Below are positions 9,535 through 18,965 of a stretch of DNA of 64,000 bases, one piece after another. How positions within the stretch are numbered: position 1 is the stretch's first letter; each line of letters begins with the position of its first letter. The notes beneath the pieces are model-generated. The model searched no databases. It was given only the letters and a program-made list of their open reading frames with translations, and was not told the origin of the DNA. The DNA comes from Butyrivibrio sp. (GTDB taxonomy: Bacteria; Bacillota; Clostridia; Lachnospirales; Lachnospiraceae), in assembly GCA_017470505.1 (NCBI GenBank), contig JAFUYO010000009.1, positions 1,671-65,670 of the forward strand. The letters are read 5' to 3'. The translations under genes were made by a program, and so were the position numbers.

Positions 9535-12500
9535 TCATCTGAAGTATTCAACGCCGCTCTCGAAGATCTTGAGGTCCTGCTCGCCGTAGATGTTTATGGC
9601 TACGCTGTCTCCGCGCCTCTCTGAATGAGCCATCTTTCCAAGACATCTTCCGTCGGGTGAGAGGATTCCCTCGACAGCCCTGTAGGAGCCGTTGATGTTC
9701 CACTCATCGTCCATCGTGATGTTTCCGTCAAGGTCGCAGTACTGGGTTGCGACCTGCCCGTTTGCAAAGAGCTCGTCCAGAACCTCCTTCGGCGCAACAA
9801 ACCTTCCCTCACCGTGTGAAGCAGGGTTTTCATACACTCCGCCAAGCTTAGCTCCCAAAAGCCAGGGCGAATTGTTTGACACAACCTTGATGGTTGCCAT
9901 CTTGGAGATGTGTCTGCCGATCGTGTTGAAGGTCAGTGTCGGAGAGTTCTCGCTCTGACCTGTAATCCTGCCGTAGGGAACGAGTCCCAACTTTATCATC
10001 GCCTGAAAGCCGTTGCAGATACCGAGTGCAAGTCCGTCGCGCTCCTGTAAAAGCCTGTCAGTAGCGGCTTTTATTTCCTCATTCCTAAAGGCTGTCGCAA
10101 AAAACTTTGCGCTTCCGTCAGGCTCATCACCTGCGGAGAACCCTCCCGGGAACATTATGATCTGTGCGTTATCTATGGCGTTTTTAAACTCTGTCACCGA
10201 CTCTCTGATATCGGCGGCATCCCTGTTTCTGAACACCTTAACCGTAACAAGCGCGCCCGCTCTCTCAAAGGCCTGAGCCGAGTCGTACTCACAGTTGCTG
10301 CCCGGGAATACGGGTATGAACACGTTTGGTTTTGCCACCTTGTTTTTGCACACATACACATTTTTGGTTTCAAAAAGGCCTGTATCAACCCTTTCATCCA
10401 AAGCGCCGGTGCCTGAAGGGAATACCTTCTCAAGCTTTTCTTTCCAGGCCAAAAGTGCTTCCTCTAAGGTGACCTTTTCGCCGCAGAACTCAAATGACTT
10501 TTCATCAGTCACTTCACCAATAAGCCTTGCGCCGTGTGCAGAAAGGACATCTGACAGTGCACCTTCAGGAACCTCTGCGATGATGTTTCCTATTCCGTTT
10601 GCAAAAAGAGCTTTTCCATCAATCTCTTCAGATACCTTAAATCCAAGCTTGTTTCCAAAGGCCATCTTGGAGAGGGACGCTGCGATACCGTAGGAATCCT
10701 CAGCGTATGCAGAGACTATCTTTCCTGCATCCATGAGCTCTTTTACCTTATTATATAAAGCTATGACTTTCTCATAATCTGGAAGATCATACTCATCCTT
10801 TGCTATCACAAATTCCACCAGCTTATTCCCGGGTGTTTTGAATTCAGGCGTCACAATGTCCCCTGTCTTTGCAATGTCCACGGCAAAAGACACGAGGGTC
10901 GGCGGAACATTTATCTCGTTAAAGGAGCCTGACATTGAGTCCTTGCCGCCAATTGATGCAACCCCAAACCGGAGCTGTGCATCAAACGCTCCGAGGAGCG
11001 CACAGAAAGGCTCGCTCCAGCGGGCGGGATCCTCTGTCATCCTCTTGAAGTACTCCTGGAAAGTGAAGTGGAGGTTTTTAATAGAGCCGCCCGACGCTAC
11101 GATCCTTGCCACAGACTCTGTCACGGCATAAGCCGCGCCGTGGTAAGGGCTCCAGCTGGAAATATATGGGTCAAAGCCGTAGCTCATCATTGTCACAGTA
11201 TCTGTCTTTCCTGACAGGACAGGGAGCTTGGCTATCATGGTCTGGGTCTCTGACAGCTGGTACTTTCCGCCGTAGGGCATAAGGACAGAACCTGCTCCGA
11301 TTGATGAGTCGAACATCTCGACGAGACCTTTTTGCGAGCATACGTTTAAGTCCTTCATCTCCGCGATAAAAGCGCCCTTAATATCGCCCTCATCAAGAGC
11401 TTTCTTTGCGCCTTCACTTGCTATCTTTTCAAGTGCGTTTTCTTCCCTGTCCGGAATCTGAACCTTTACGCCTGTCTCCTGGTGAGCTCCGTTGGTGTCA
11501 AGGAATGACCTCTTTATATCAACTATTTTTTTGCCTCTCCATTTCAGGACGAGCCTTGGATCCTCAGTAACCACTGCAACCTTAACAGCCTCGAGATTCT
11601 CCTGCCCTGCATACTCAAGGAAGCGCTCTGCGTCCCCCGGTGCGACAACAACAGCCATCCTCTCCTGGGACTCTGAAATTGCAAGTTCCGTTCCGTCGAG
11701 CCCGGCATACTTCTTGGGCACGAGGTCAAGATTTATGTCAAGTCCGGGGGCAAGCTCTCCGATCGCCACGGAGACTCCGCCTGCTCCGAAGTCGTTGCAC
11801 TTCTTGATGAGCTCACTCACCTCCGGTCTTCTGAACAGCCTCTGGAGCTTTCTCTCTGTGGGCGCATTTCCCTTCTGTACCTCGGCGCCGCAGCTTGTGA
11901 GGGACTTAGAGTCATGGGCTTTGGATGAGCCTGTTGCCCCGCCGCAGCCGTCGCGTCCTGTCCTTCCGCCCAAAAGAACTATGATATCCCCGGGATCAGC
12001 GCTCTCTCTTATAACGTGCTCCTGAGGAGCTGCGCCCATTACCGCGCCGATCTCCATCCTCTTTGCAACATATCCGGGATGATAGATTTCTTTTACATAG
12101 CCTGTCGCAAGACCGATCTGGTTTCCATAGGATGAGTACCCGGAAGCCGCGCCGCGAACGAGCTTTTTCTGTGAGAGCTTGCCCTTCATGGTCTCGGAGA
12201 CGGGAACTGTAGGGTCAGCAGCGCCTGTTACGCGCATCGCCTGATATACATAGCCTCTTCCTGAGAGCGGGTCTCTTATCGCACCGCCCAGGCATGTGGC
12301 AGCGCCACCGAAGGGCTCAATCTCAGTGGGATGATTGTGCGTCTCGTTTTTGAAGAACACGAGCCAGTTCTCGGTCTCAACGCCCTTCCCGTAGTCAACC
12401 TCAACAGGCACCACAACGGTGCAGGCGTTGTTCTCCTCGGACTCCTCCATGTCGGTGAGCTTTCCGTCAGCCTTTAACATTTTCATACCCATGAGGGCGA

Positions 12501-13341
12501 TATCCATGAGGGAGATAAACTTCTCCTTCTTTTTATCATCTGTTTTGTACAGCGCATCTCTGGCTGATAAGTATTCGTTGTAGGTTTTTTCTATCGGAGC
12601 CTTATAGAAGCCATCCTCAAACTCAACGCTCTTAAGCTCCGTGCCAAAAGTTGTGTGACGGCAGTGGTCAGACCAGTAGGTATCGAGCACCCTTATCTCA
12701 GTCATGCTGGGATCACGCTTCTCATCCCCGGCAAAGTACTGTTGTATCCACTTAAAGTCGTTGAAGGTCATGGCAAGCCCGAGAGATCTGTACTCATCCT
12801 CAAGGCTCTTTTCATCCATATCCTTAAAGCCTGTAATTATCGCAACGTCGCCAGGCTCGTCATAGTTTTCGAGTAGAGTCTTTGGCTTTTCCTCGCCTGC
12901 AAGCCTTGAATCCACAGGGTTCATGGTGTAGTCGCAGATCTTTTTAAGCTCATCATCCGTGACATCTCCTATGATCATGTAGGTCACAGCTGTCCTGATG
13001 ACGGGCTTTTCGTCTCCCCTTATGAAGCGCACGCACTGCTCGGCAGAATCGGCTCTCTGGTCGAACTGTCCGGGAAGAGCCTCTATGCTGAACACCTTTG
13101 CACCTTCGGGAATATCGATTTCTTCCCTGTACAGGATGTCGACAGGCGGCTCCGAAAAGACCGTGGTCAGGGCTTTTTCAAAGACCTCGTCAGATACGTT
13201 CTCAACGTCGTACCTGATAAAGATCCTGACTTTACTTACGCTCTTTATCCCGAGATATCCCGAGATCTCGCTCTTTAACTCTCTTGCCTTGACCGCAAAG
13301 GGTTCCTTTTTCTCTACAAATACTCTCTTTACTGCGCTCAT
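9535..13341 (-). CDS. purL: Phosphoribosylformylglycinamidine synthase, single-chain clostridial type
   Basis: WSDHCRH, ETHNHPTEIEPFGGAAT, C-terminal glutaminase PGGFSAGD...GICNGFQ...HSER. Confidence 0.97.
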   Translation of the reverse strand: MSAVKRVFVEKKEPFAVKARELKSEISGYLGIKSVSKVRIFIRYDVENVSDEVFEKALTTVFSEPPVDILYREEIDIPEGAKVFSIEALPGQFDQRADSAEQCVRFIRGDEKPVIRTAVTYMIIGDVTDDELKKICDYTMNPVDSRLAGEEKPKTLLENYDEPGDVAIITGFKDMDEKSLEDEYRSLGLAMTFNDFKWIQQYFAGDEKRDPSMTEIRVLDTYWSDHCRHTTFGTELKSVEFEDGFYKAPIEKTYNEYLSARDALYKTDDKKKEKFISLMDIALMGMKMLKADGKLTDMEESEENNACTVVVPVEVDYGKGVETENWLVFFKNETHNHPTEIEPFGGAATCLGGAIRDPLSGRGYVYQAMRVTGAADPTVPVSETMKGKLSQKKLVRGAASGYSSYGNQIGLATGYVKEIYHPGYVAKRMEIGAVMGAAPQEHVIRESADPGDIIVLLGGRTGRDGCGGATGSSKAHDSKSLTSCGAEVQKGNAPTERKLQRLFRRPEVSELIKKCNDFGAGGVSVAIGELAPGLDINLDLVPKKYAGLDGTELAISESQERMAVVVAPGDAERFLEYAGQENLEAVKVAVVTEDPRLVLKWRGKKIVDIKRSFLDTNGAHQETGVKVQIPDREENALEKIASEGAKKALDEGDIKGAFIAEMKDLNVCSQKGLVEMFDSSIGAGSVLMPYGGKYQLSETQTMIAKLPVLSGKTDTVTMMSYGFDPYISSWSPYHGAAYAVTESVARIVASGGSIKNLHFTFQEYFKRMTEDPARWSEPFCALLGAFDAQLRFGVASIGGKDSMSGSFNEINVPPTLVSFAVDIAKTGDIVTPEFKTPGNKLVEFVIAKDEYDLPDYEKVIALYNKVKELMDAGKIVSAYAEDSYGIAASLSKMAFGNKLGFKVSEEIDGKALFANGIGNIIAEVPEGALSDVLSAHGARLIGEVTDEKSFEFCGEKVTLEEALLAWKEKLEKVFPSGTGALDERVDTGLFETKNVYVCKNKVAKPNVFIPVFPGSNCEYDSAQAFERAGALVTVKVFRNRDAADIRESVTEFKNAIDNAQIIMFPGGFSAGDEPDGSAKFFATAFRNEEIKAATDRLLQERDGLALGICNGFQAMIKLGLVPYGRITGQSENSPTLTFNTIGRHISKMATIKVVSNNSPWLLGAKLGGVYENPASHGEGRFVAPKEVLDELFANGQVATQYCDLDGNITMDDEWNINGSYRAVEGILSPDGRCLGKMAHSERRGDSVAINIYGEQDLKIFESGVEYFR

Positions 13342-13361
13342 AAATTCTCCTTCCCTTTTTG

Positions 13362-13399
13362 AAAAAAGTGCTTAGGTAAAAAACTTAAGCACTTTTTTT
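13362..13399. terminator. Bidirectional terminator-like hairpin between the TetR gene and purL
   Basis: AAAAAAGTGCTTAG-loop-CTTAAGCACTTTTTTT. Confidence 0.65.
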
Positions 13400-13405
13400 G
13401 AACAA

Positions 13406-14002
13406 TTAATTATTTAATTCATCGGGCACTAATCCCTCTAAAACATACATAAGCTCTCTGTCGATCGCTTCCTCCGTGATGCCGATGGTCATGGAAGTAA
13501 TCTTGAGTCCCTCAACCACATACATGAGATTGCGGGCACATCCTCTGGGGTTCTCACAGTAGAATTCACCGGACTCGACGCCGTTTGATATGAGCCGTTC
13601 GACAATGCGGACAGCGGTGTCGAACTCATCCTTAAGGGGATTCTCTCCCCCGTCGGCTCTGTGAAGTGAATAATACTCATAGGTTGCAACAGTGAGATTG
13701 TTCTTTTTCCTGAGGATTTCTTTTTTCTGCTCCTTGATGAAAAGAGCGAGCATATCGCCGGCAGAAGCATCGCCGGGGATTGCTGACATGGTCTCATCCT
13801 CCGAATCGTCCATGTCATCTCTTAAGCGTACCGCAAGAAACAGCTCCTCCGTGTTTGAAAAATATAGATAAAGACCCCCTCGACTGATCTCGCAGGCGTC
13901 CACAATATCCTTCATTGTAACACTCTTGAAGCCTTTTTCTGAAAAGACGGCCCTGGCCTTATCAAGAATGTATTTTCTCTTCTGTGCTGATTTCTCTCCC
14001 AT
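13406..14002 (-). CDS. TetR/AcrR family transcriptional regulator
   Basis: N-terminal HTH: F..KGFKSVTMKDIVDACEISRGGLYLYF. Confidence 0.92.
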   Translation of the reverse strand: MGEKSAQKRKYILDKARAVFSEKGFKSVTMKDIVDACEISRGGLYLYFSNTEELFLAVRLRDDMDDSEDETMSAIPGDASAGDMLALFIKEQKKEILRKKNNLTVATYEYYSLHRADGGENPLKDEFDTAVRIVERLISNGVESGEFYCENPRGCARNLMYVVEGLKITSMTIGITEEAIDRELMYVLEGLVPDELNN

Positions 14003-14021
14003 CGATCCCCCGCAAAAAAAA

Positions 14022-14507
14022 TTATCCCAGTGGTCTGTCAGATTCCTGTCCCCAGAACCTCACGAGATCGTCCATCTTTTTGATGCAGTGATAGAGCACG
14101 CCGTTGCGCACGCCCTCTGCCCAGACAGAGCCCCTGGTCATACCCTGGAGCACATATTTGGAAAGAATCCCTGCAAGGTCATCCATGTCCCTGATCTGGG
14201 CATCCTGAATGAATAATAACTCATCCTTGGCGGAATTTAAACGATTTCTGGAATAGACATAGACGTAGTTCCTGTCGAGAAGATTCGTCGTCTGCGCCGC
14301 TTTGACAAAGGCGAGTAGATTCGAATCATATACAGGGAACGGCATGGACTTGAGCTCGCTGTTTGAGTAGCTCTGTGCAACCTCATGGCTGGCATTGTCA
14401 CGCAGCCAGTTAAGATATGGAACTATCCTGGATAGCTCAGGACGATATCTTGAGACAATATCTTCAACACTGTTTTCATTGACATTTCCATCATTATCAA
14501 ATCCCAT
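14022..14507 (-). CDS. Hypothetical protein
   Basis: 161-aa ORF with an AGGAGG RBS, co-oriented with the TetR gene. No family recognised with certainty. Confidence 0.7.
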   Translation of the reverse strand: MGFDNDGNVNENSVEDIVSRYRPELSRIVPYLNWLRDNASHEVAQSYSNSELKSMPFPVYDSNLLAFVKAAQTTNLLDRNYVYVYSRNRLNSAKDELLFIQDAQIRDMDDLAGILSKYVLQGMTRGSVWAEGVRNGVLYHCIKKMDDLVRFWGQESDRPLG

Positions 14508-14611
14508 AAAAACTCTGTCCCTCCTGGCCGTATTTCCAACACATTATAGCAATTAGAGAGTGAGACAGTCAAGAGACATAAAAGGGCCTTCCACGGTCCT
14601 GTTTTACAGTG

Positions 14612-15508
14612 CTAATGTTTGGTTCCCAGGCAGTAACTGCGCAGTTCCTCTTCTGCCTGTTCCTTGCTTGAAAATACTATTCCGTGCCAGCCGAGAGCCC
14701 TTGCAGCCTCGATGTTTTCCGCGGTGTCGTCGATGAAGACTGTCTTTTCAGGTGTTAAGCTGTAGCGCTCTTCAAGGAGCCTGTAGATTGCAGGGTCGGG
14801 CTTTATCACCTTGTCGCGGTAGCTGAGGATCCCGCCGTCTACATAATCAAGAAAGCCCATGGCGTCCTTGCAGCCCTCGATTGCCTGGCGGCTGAAGTTT
14901 GAGAGGACAAGGACCTTGAAGCCTTCGGCCTTTAAGCTCTTTATCCACGGGATTGCGTACTCCCTCTTTGTGACAATGTCCTTGTAATCAGAAAAAGCGC
15001 GCCTTATTTCATTTTCTATCCCGGGGTCGTTCTGCACAAACCTATCAAGCAGCTCCTCGTTGGAAATGATTCCTCTGTCTATCTCCTTCCAGTCGCTGCT
15101 GTTTACGGTGGCTCTTCCTATCCTCTCTGTCATCTCCCTGTCAAAGCCCTTATTTTCCATGAACTCTTTCCAGGCGAAGTTGGTCAGGACATTTCCGATA
15201 TCAAAGACTACCGTGTCAATCCTGCCATCGGGAATCACGTTTCCGAATTTGTCATGTTTTTTGTCACTTGTCATCGCATCTAACGAAGCCACCGTGTGCC
15301 TCCCCGTAAAAATACCAACCGACCATATGATGAGCCACAACAGTATCGGCACAGCAATTGTCGCCGCAACGCACCCAATGAACACGTTCATGGTGTTGGG
15401 ACTCGCTGTCACAGCCTCATACAAAAGGACAATATACATCCCCGCCAGGATGATTATACCGATCCAGGCGAGGACTCTTTTATAGGTGGGGGTTTTCTCA
15501 TTGTTCAT
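14612..15508 (-). CDS. HAD-superfamily phosphatase with two N-terminal TM helices
   Basis: Motif I FDIGNVL, motif II LSN, KPDPAIY, FIDD...N. Hydrophobic N-terminus. Confidence 0.85.
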   Translation of the reverse strand: MNNEKTPTYKRVLAWIGIIILAGMYIVLLYEAVTASPNTMNVFIGCVAATIAVPILLWLIIWSVGIFTGRHTVASLDAMTSDKKHDKFGNVIPDGRIDTVVFDIGNVLTNFAWKEFMENKGFDREMTERIGRATVNSSDWKEIDRGIISNEELLDRFVQNDPGIENEIRRAFSDYKDIVTKREYAIPWIKSLKAEGFKVLVLSNFSRQAIEGCKDAMGFLDYVDGGILSYRDKVIKPDPAIYRLLEERYSLTPEKTVFIDDTAENIEAARALGWHGIVFSSKEQAEEELRSYCLGTKH

Positions 15509-15568
15509 ATGATCAATATCCTCATCTCTCAGTCTGATTCAGGTGAAGGAAATTCCGTTATCGAGTAT

Positions 15569-15612
15569 AAAAGCCCCCCGCGCAGAGACATGCCTGCGCA
15601 AAGAGCTTTTTA
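15569..15612. terminator. Terminator-like hairpin downstream of the MCP gene
   Basis: AAAAGC..GCGCAG-N8-CTGCGC..GCTTTT. Confidence 0.55.
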
Positions 15613-15633
15613 GCGTGTTTATCATTTTCCTGC

Positions 15634-17355
15634 TCAGCCGCTTATAGTAAACTGACCGATCAGGTTGTTGAGCGACTCCGACTGCTCGGAGAGCTCTATT
15701 GAAACTGCACTTGATTCCTGGGCTGTAGCGGAATTGGACTGAACTACATTGCTGATCATCTCAATTCCCTTGTCGATCTCGTCCATGCTCTGTGCCTGCT
15801 GCCCTGCCAGGTCTCCGGTCTCGATTATCATCTCGGTGATCTCTTCTACGCTGTGCTGCATGGCGTCGAGGGCCTCTGTCGTCTCGGCAACAACTGCATT
15901 TCCGTTGCTGATCTCATCCATCGTGTCAGCGATCAGCTGATGTGTATTCTTGGCAGCTTCGCTACTCTGATCAGCAAGCTTTCCGATCTGGTCTGCAACA
16001 ACAGCAAAGCCCTTTCCTGTCTCGCCTGCTCTTGCAGCCTCAATGGAAGCGTTCAGAGCAAGGAGCGAGGTCTGCTTGGCAATGGCCTCGATTGAGTTTG
16101 TAACCTGCTCGATCTCTGCTGATGCCTCTGTAATTCTCGTCATGGCATCTGTCACAAGATGCATCTTGCGGGCGCTCGTCTCGGCGTTGTCCCTGACAGA
16201 TGTCGCCATATTCTTGCTTCTCTCAGCGACGTCAGCCAGCTGCCTGGTCTGCTCCGTGATGGAGTTGACAGATGCTGTGAGCTCCTCAACTGCTGCAGCC
16301 TGATCGGTTGCACCCTCAGCAAGATCCGTGGCACCCTGCGACATATTGCTTGCGCCCTGGGAAACCTGGGAGGATGACTCCCTGACCTCATGGAGAGTCG
16401 TTGAGAGGTTGTCGGATATATCTGAAAGAGCTCTGCTGATTGCCTCGTAATCTCCTATATACAGTTCTTCGTGGCGCGATCCTGTTGAAAAATCTCCTCC
16501 CGACATTCTCATAAGAGTCTCGTCGATATCCTTGACAATGTTCTCGATAACATTTGTTGACTTGGTTATGTCTTTGGCGAGCTTGCCAAGTTCATCCTTT
16601 GAGTCAGTCTCTATCTGTATATCTATCTTACCTTTTGCCATGTCATCGGCTGCTGCCGAGATGGCATGTATAGGCTCGAGGATGCTGGACGTCAGCGCCT
16701 TTCTCGCCTTATTTGAATACAGTATCGCATACACTACGATTGCAAGTGCGATAAGCGTCATGAGCGATACGACAATGACAGATCTGAGGAAAGCAGCTGA
16801 AGCCTGCTCCTTGGCACTTATTCCTATCGCCTTGAAGTCCTTGACTACAACCTTGATGGCTTCATTCGTATTGGCCGTGTAGTAGTCATACAGCTCCTCT
16901 CTCGAAGCGCCGGAATTCATCATGGATATGAGCTGGTCGTCAGACTTGTCAATATCTGATATGTGCTGGTATGCAGCGGACAGGTCACCCTTGTAGACCT
17001 TGCTGAGAGTATCAAGTCCGTCGTTCATCTCAGCGATCTTCTCGTACGCGCCGTTTATCTGCTCCTGTCTGTCATCATCCTCATAGGCGTTCATCGCCCA
17101 GAGATAGTACTTGGCAAGGGCCTGAATTGTGATCCTGATCTCACCCTGCTGGGTGTTCTGTTCATAGTAAACACTGTAGATGCTCCTCAGATTCAGGATA
17201 GCAACGAGATCGATAATGAAGATCACGATAAATACAATGACCAGATTGTTTCTGAACTTACCAAAGACTGTTTTTAACTTGCCCGATACCGACATCTTTT
17301 TGAAGCTGTCAGTTGTAAACTCATTATTTGCCTCTGTAGCCTGTCCTTTTGCCAT
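15634..17355 (-). CDS. Methyl-accepting chemotaxis protein
   Basis: Two TM segments, HAMP domain (DELGKLA), signalling hairpin QTSLLALNASIEAARAGETGKGFAVVA. Confidence 0.96.
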   Translation of the reverse strand: MAKGQATEANNEFTTDSFKKMSVSGKLKTVFGKFRNNLVIVFIVIFIIDLVAILNLRSIYSVYYEQNTQQGEIRITIQALAKYYLWAMNAYEDDDRQEQINGAYEKIAEMNDGLDTLSKVYKGDLSAAYQHISDIDKSDDQLISMMNSGASREELYDYYTANTNEAIKVVVKDFKAIGISAKEQASAAFLRSVIVVSLMTLIALAIVVYAILYSNKARKALTSSILEPIHAISAAADDMAKGKIDIQIETDSKDELGKLAKDITKSTNVIENIVKDIDETLMRMSGGDFSTGSRHEELYIGDYEAISRALSDISDNLSTTLHEVRESSSQVSQGASNMSQGATDLAEGATDQAAAVEELTASVNSITEQTRQLADVAERSKNMATSVRDNAETSARKMHLVTDAMTRITEASAEIEQVTNSIEAIAKQTSLLALNASIEAARAGETGKGFAVVADQIGKLADQSSEAAKNTHQLIADTMDEISNGNAVVAETTEALDAMQHSVEEITEMIIETGDLAGQQAQSMDEIDKGIEMISNVVQSNSATAQESSAVSIELSEQSESLNNLIGQFTISG

Positions 17356-17611
17356 ATTAGCCTCCTAATCATCGGATGATAATCAAAGTCTGCATCTGCC
17401 GCTTTCGTTCCCTGCGGAACGGTCTGCACTTTATATTGTATGCTATTTTGAAAAGAAAAACTCTTAATATTGTATAAATTTATATAAAATTAAGAATAAA
17501 CCATATAACTTTTTATGTATTGTTATGCAAAATTGAATTTACTTATAACCCATTTTGAGATATATTACTAAATGGCATAAAAACAATGATTAACCTGATA
17601 GGAGGCATTAT

Positions 17612-18907
17612 ATGGTAAAAGCTGTTGTAGGTGCCAACTGGGGCGACGAGGGAAAAGGCAAGATCACGGACACACTCGCTGATCAGGCCGATGTTGTCAT
17701 TCGTTTCCAGGGCGGTGCCAATGCAGGTCACACGATCGTAAATGACTACGGCAAATTTGCACTTCACACCATGCCATCCGGGGTGTTCCACCAAAATATT
17801 ATGAACATCATCGGAAACGGTGTTGCATTTGATATCGCAAAGTTTATGAAAGAGCTTAATGAGATAACATCCAAGGGCGTTCCCGCACCTCAGATCATGA
17901 TCTCGGACAGGGTTCAGGTAATGATGCCCTACCACGTGCTCTTTGACACGCTCGAGGAGGCGAGGCTCGCCGGAAAGAGCTTTGGCTCAACCAAGTCCGG
18001 TATCGCGCCCTTCTACTCAGACAAGTACTCCAAGATCGGCTGGCAGATCAATGAATTCTTCCAGGACGACAATGTAATAAAAGAAAAGATCGACAGAGTT
18101 GCGGATATCAAGGACGTGCTCCTTGTAAATCTCTATCACGCAGACAGGATAGACAGGAAAGCTCTTTTCGATCAGATCGTAAGCTGGAGAGATGAGATAA
18201 AGGACTATGTCGGAAATGTCTCCCTCTACCTCGATGAGGCGATAAAGGCAGGCAAGACGATCCTGCTCGAGGGGCAGCTTGGCACCATGAAGGATCCCGA
18301 CCACGGCATCTACCCCATGGTGACAAGCTCATCTCCTCTTGCCGCATACGGCGCCATAGGTGCAGGAATACCTCCCTATGAGATCAAGCAGATTGTAACC
18401 GTATCCAAGGCATATTCCTCCGCAGTCGGCGCCGGCGCCTTTGTATCGGAGCTGTTCGGCGATGAAGCTGAGGAACTAAGGCGTCGCGGCGGCGATGGCG
18501 GCGAGTACGGCGCAACCACAGGGCGCCCGAGGAGAGTCGGCTGGTACGACTGCGTCGCAAGCAAGTATGGCTGCAGGCTCCAGGGCACAACAGATGTGGC
18601 CTTCACGGTTCTTGACGTACTCGGATACCTCGATGAGATACCGGTTTGCGTGGGCTATGACATTGACGGCGAAGTGACAACAGAGTTTCCTGTGACGCAC
18701 CTTCTTGAGAAGGCAAAGCCCGTCTTCAAAAAGCTGCCCGGCTGGAAGTGCGAGATACGCGGCATCAAAAACTACGAGGACCTTCCCGAGAACTGCAGGA
18801 ACTACATAGAGTTCATCGAGAAAGAGATCGGCTACCCCATCACAATGGTCAGCAACGGACCGGCGCGCTCAGACATCATCTATCGCAAGAGCAATCTTTC
18901 AAGGTGA
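17612..18907 (+). CDS. purA: Adenylosuccinate synthetase
   Basis: GANWGDEGKGK, QGGANAGHT, EYGATTGRPRRVGW. Confidence 0.98.
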   Translation: MVKAVVGANWGDEGKGKITDTLADQADVVIRFQGGANAGHTIVNDYGKFALHTMPSGVFHQNIMNIIGNGVAFDIAKFMKELNEITSKGVPAPQIMISDRVQVMMPYHVLFDTLEEARLAGKSFGSTKSGIAPFYSDKYSKIGWQINEFFQDDNVIKEKIDRVADIKDVLLVNLYHADRIDRKALFDQIVSWRDEIKDYVGNVSLYLDEAIKAGKTILLEGQLGTMKDPDHGIYPMVTSSSPLAAYGAIGAGIPPYEIKQIVTVSKAYSSAVGAGAFVSELFGDEAEELRRRGGDGGEYGATTGRPRRVGWYDCVASKYGCRLQGTTDVAFTVLDVLGYLDEIPVCVGYDIDGEVTTEFPVTHLLEKAKPVFKKLPGWKCEIRGIKNYEDLPENCRNYIEFIEKEIGYPITMVSNGPARSDIIYRKSNLSR

Positions 18908-18926
18908 CGTTATTGTTAAGGTGACG

Positions 18927-18952
18927 AAAGGCGGCAAGTATTTGCCGCCTTT
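18927..18952. terminator. Hairpin between converging purA and GH3 genes
   Basis: AAAGGCGGCAA-GTAT-TTGCCGCCTTT. Confidence 0.7.
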
Positions 18953-18965
18953 GCCGCCCCGCGCC

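Noticed and set aside
17367-17384. sigma28 -10 box (TCCGATGA) before the MCP gene
   Set aside because: It abuts the RBS, leaving no room for a transcript start, and no TAAA -35 lies at the right spacing.
18901-18926. Direct repeat AAGGTGACG twice at the purA stop
   Set aside because: Only 9 bp with an 8-bp spacer; too short to support an insertion scar.
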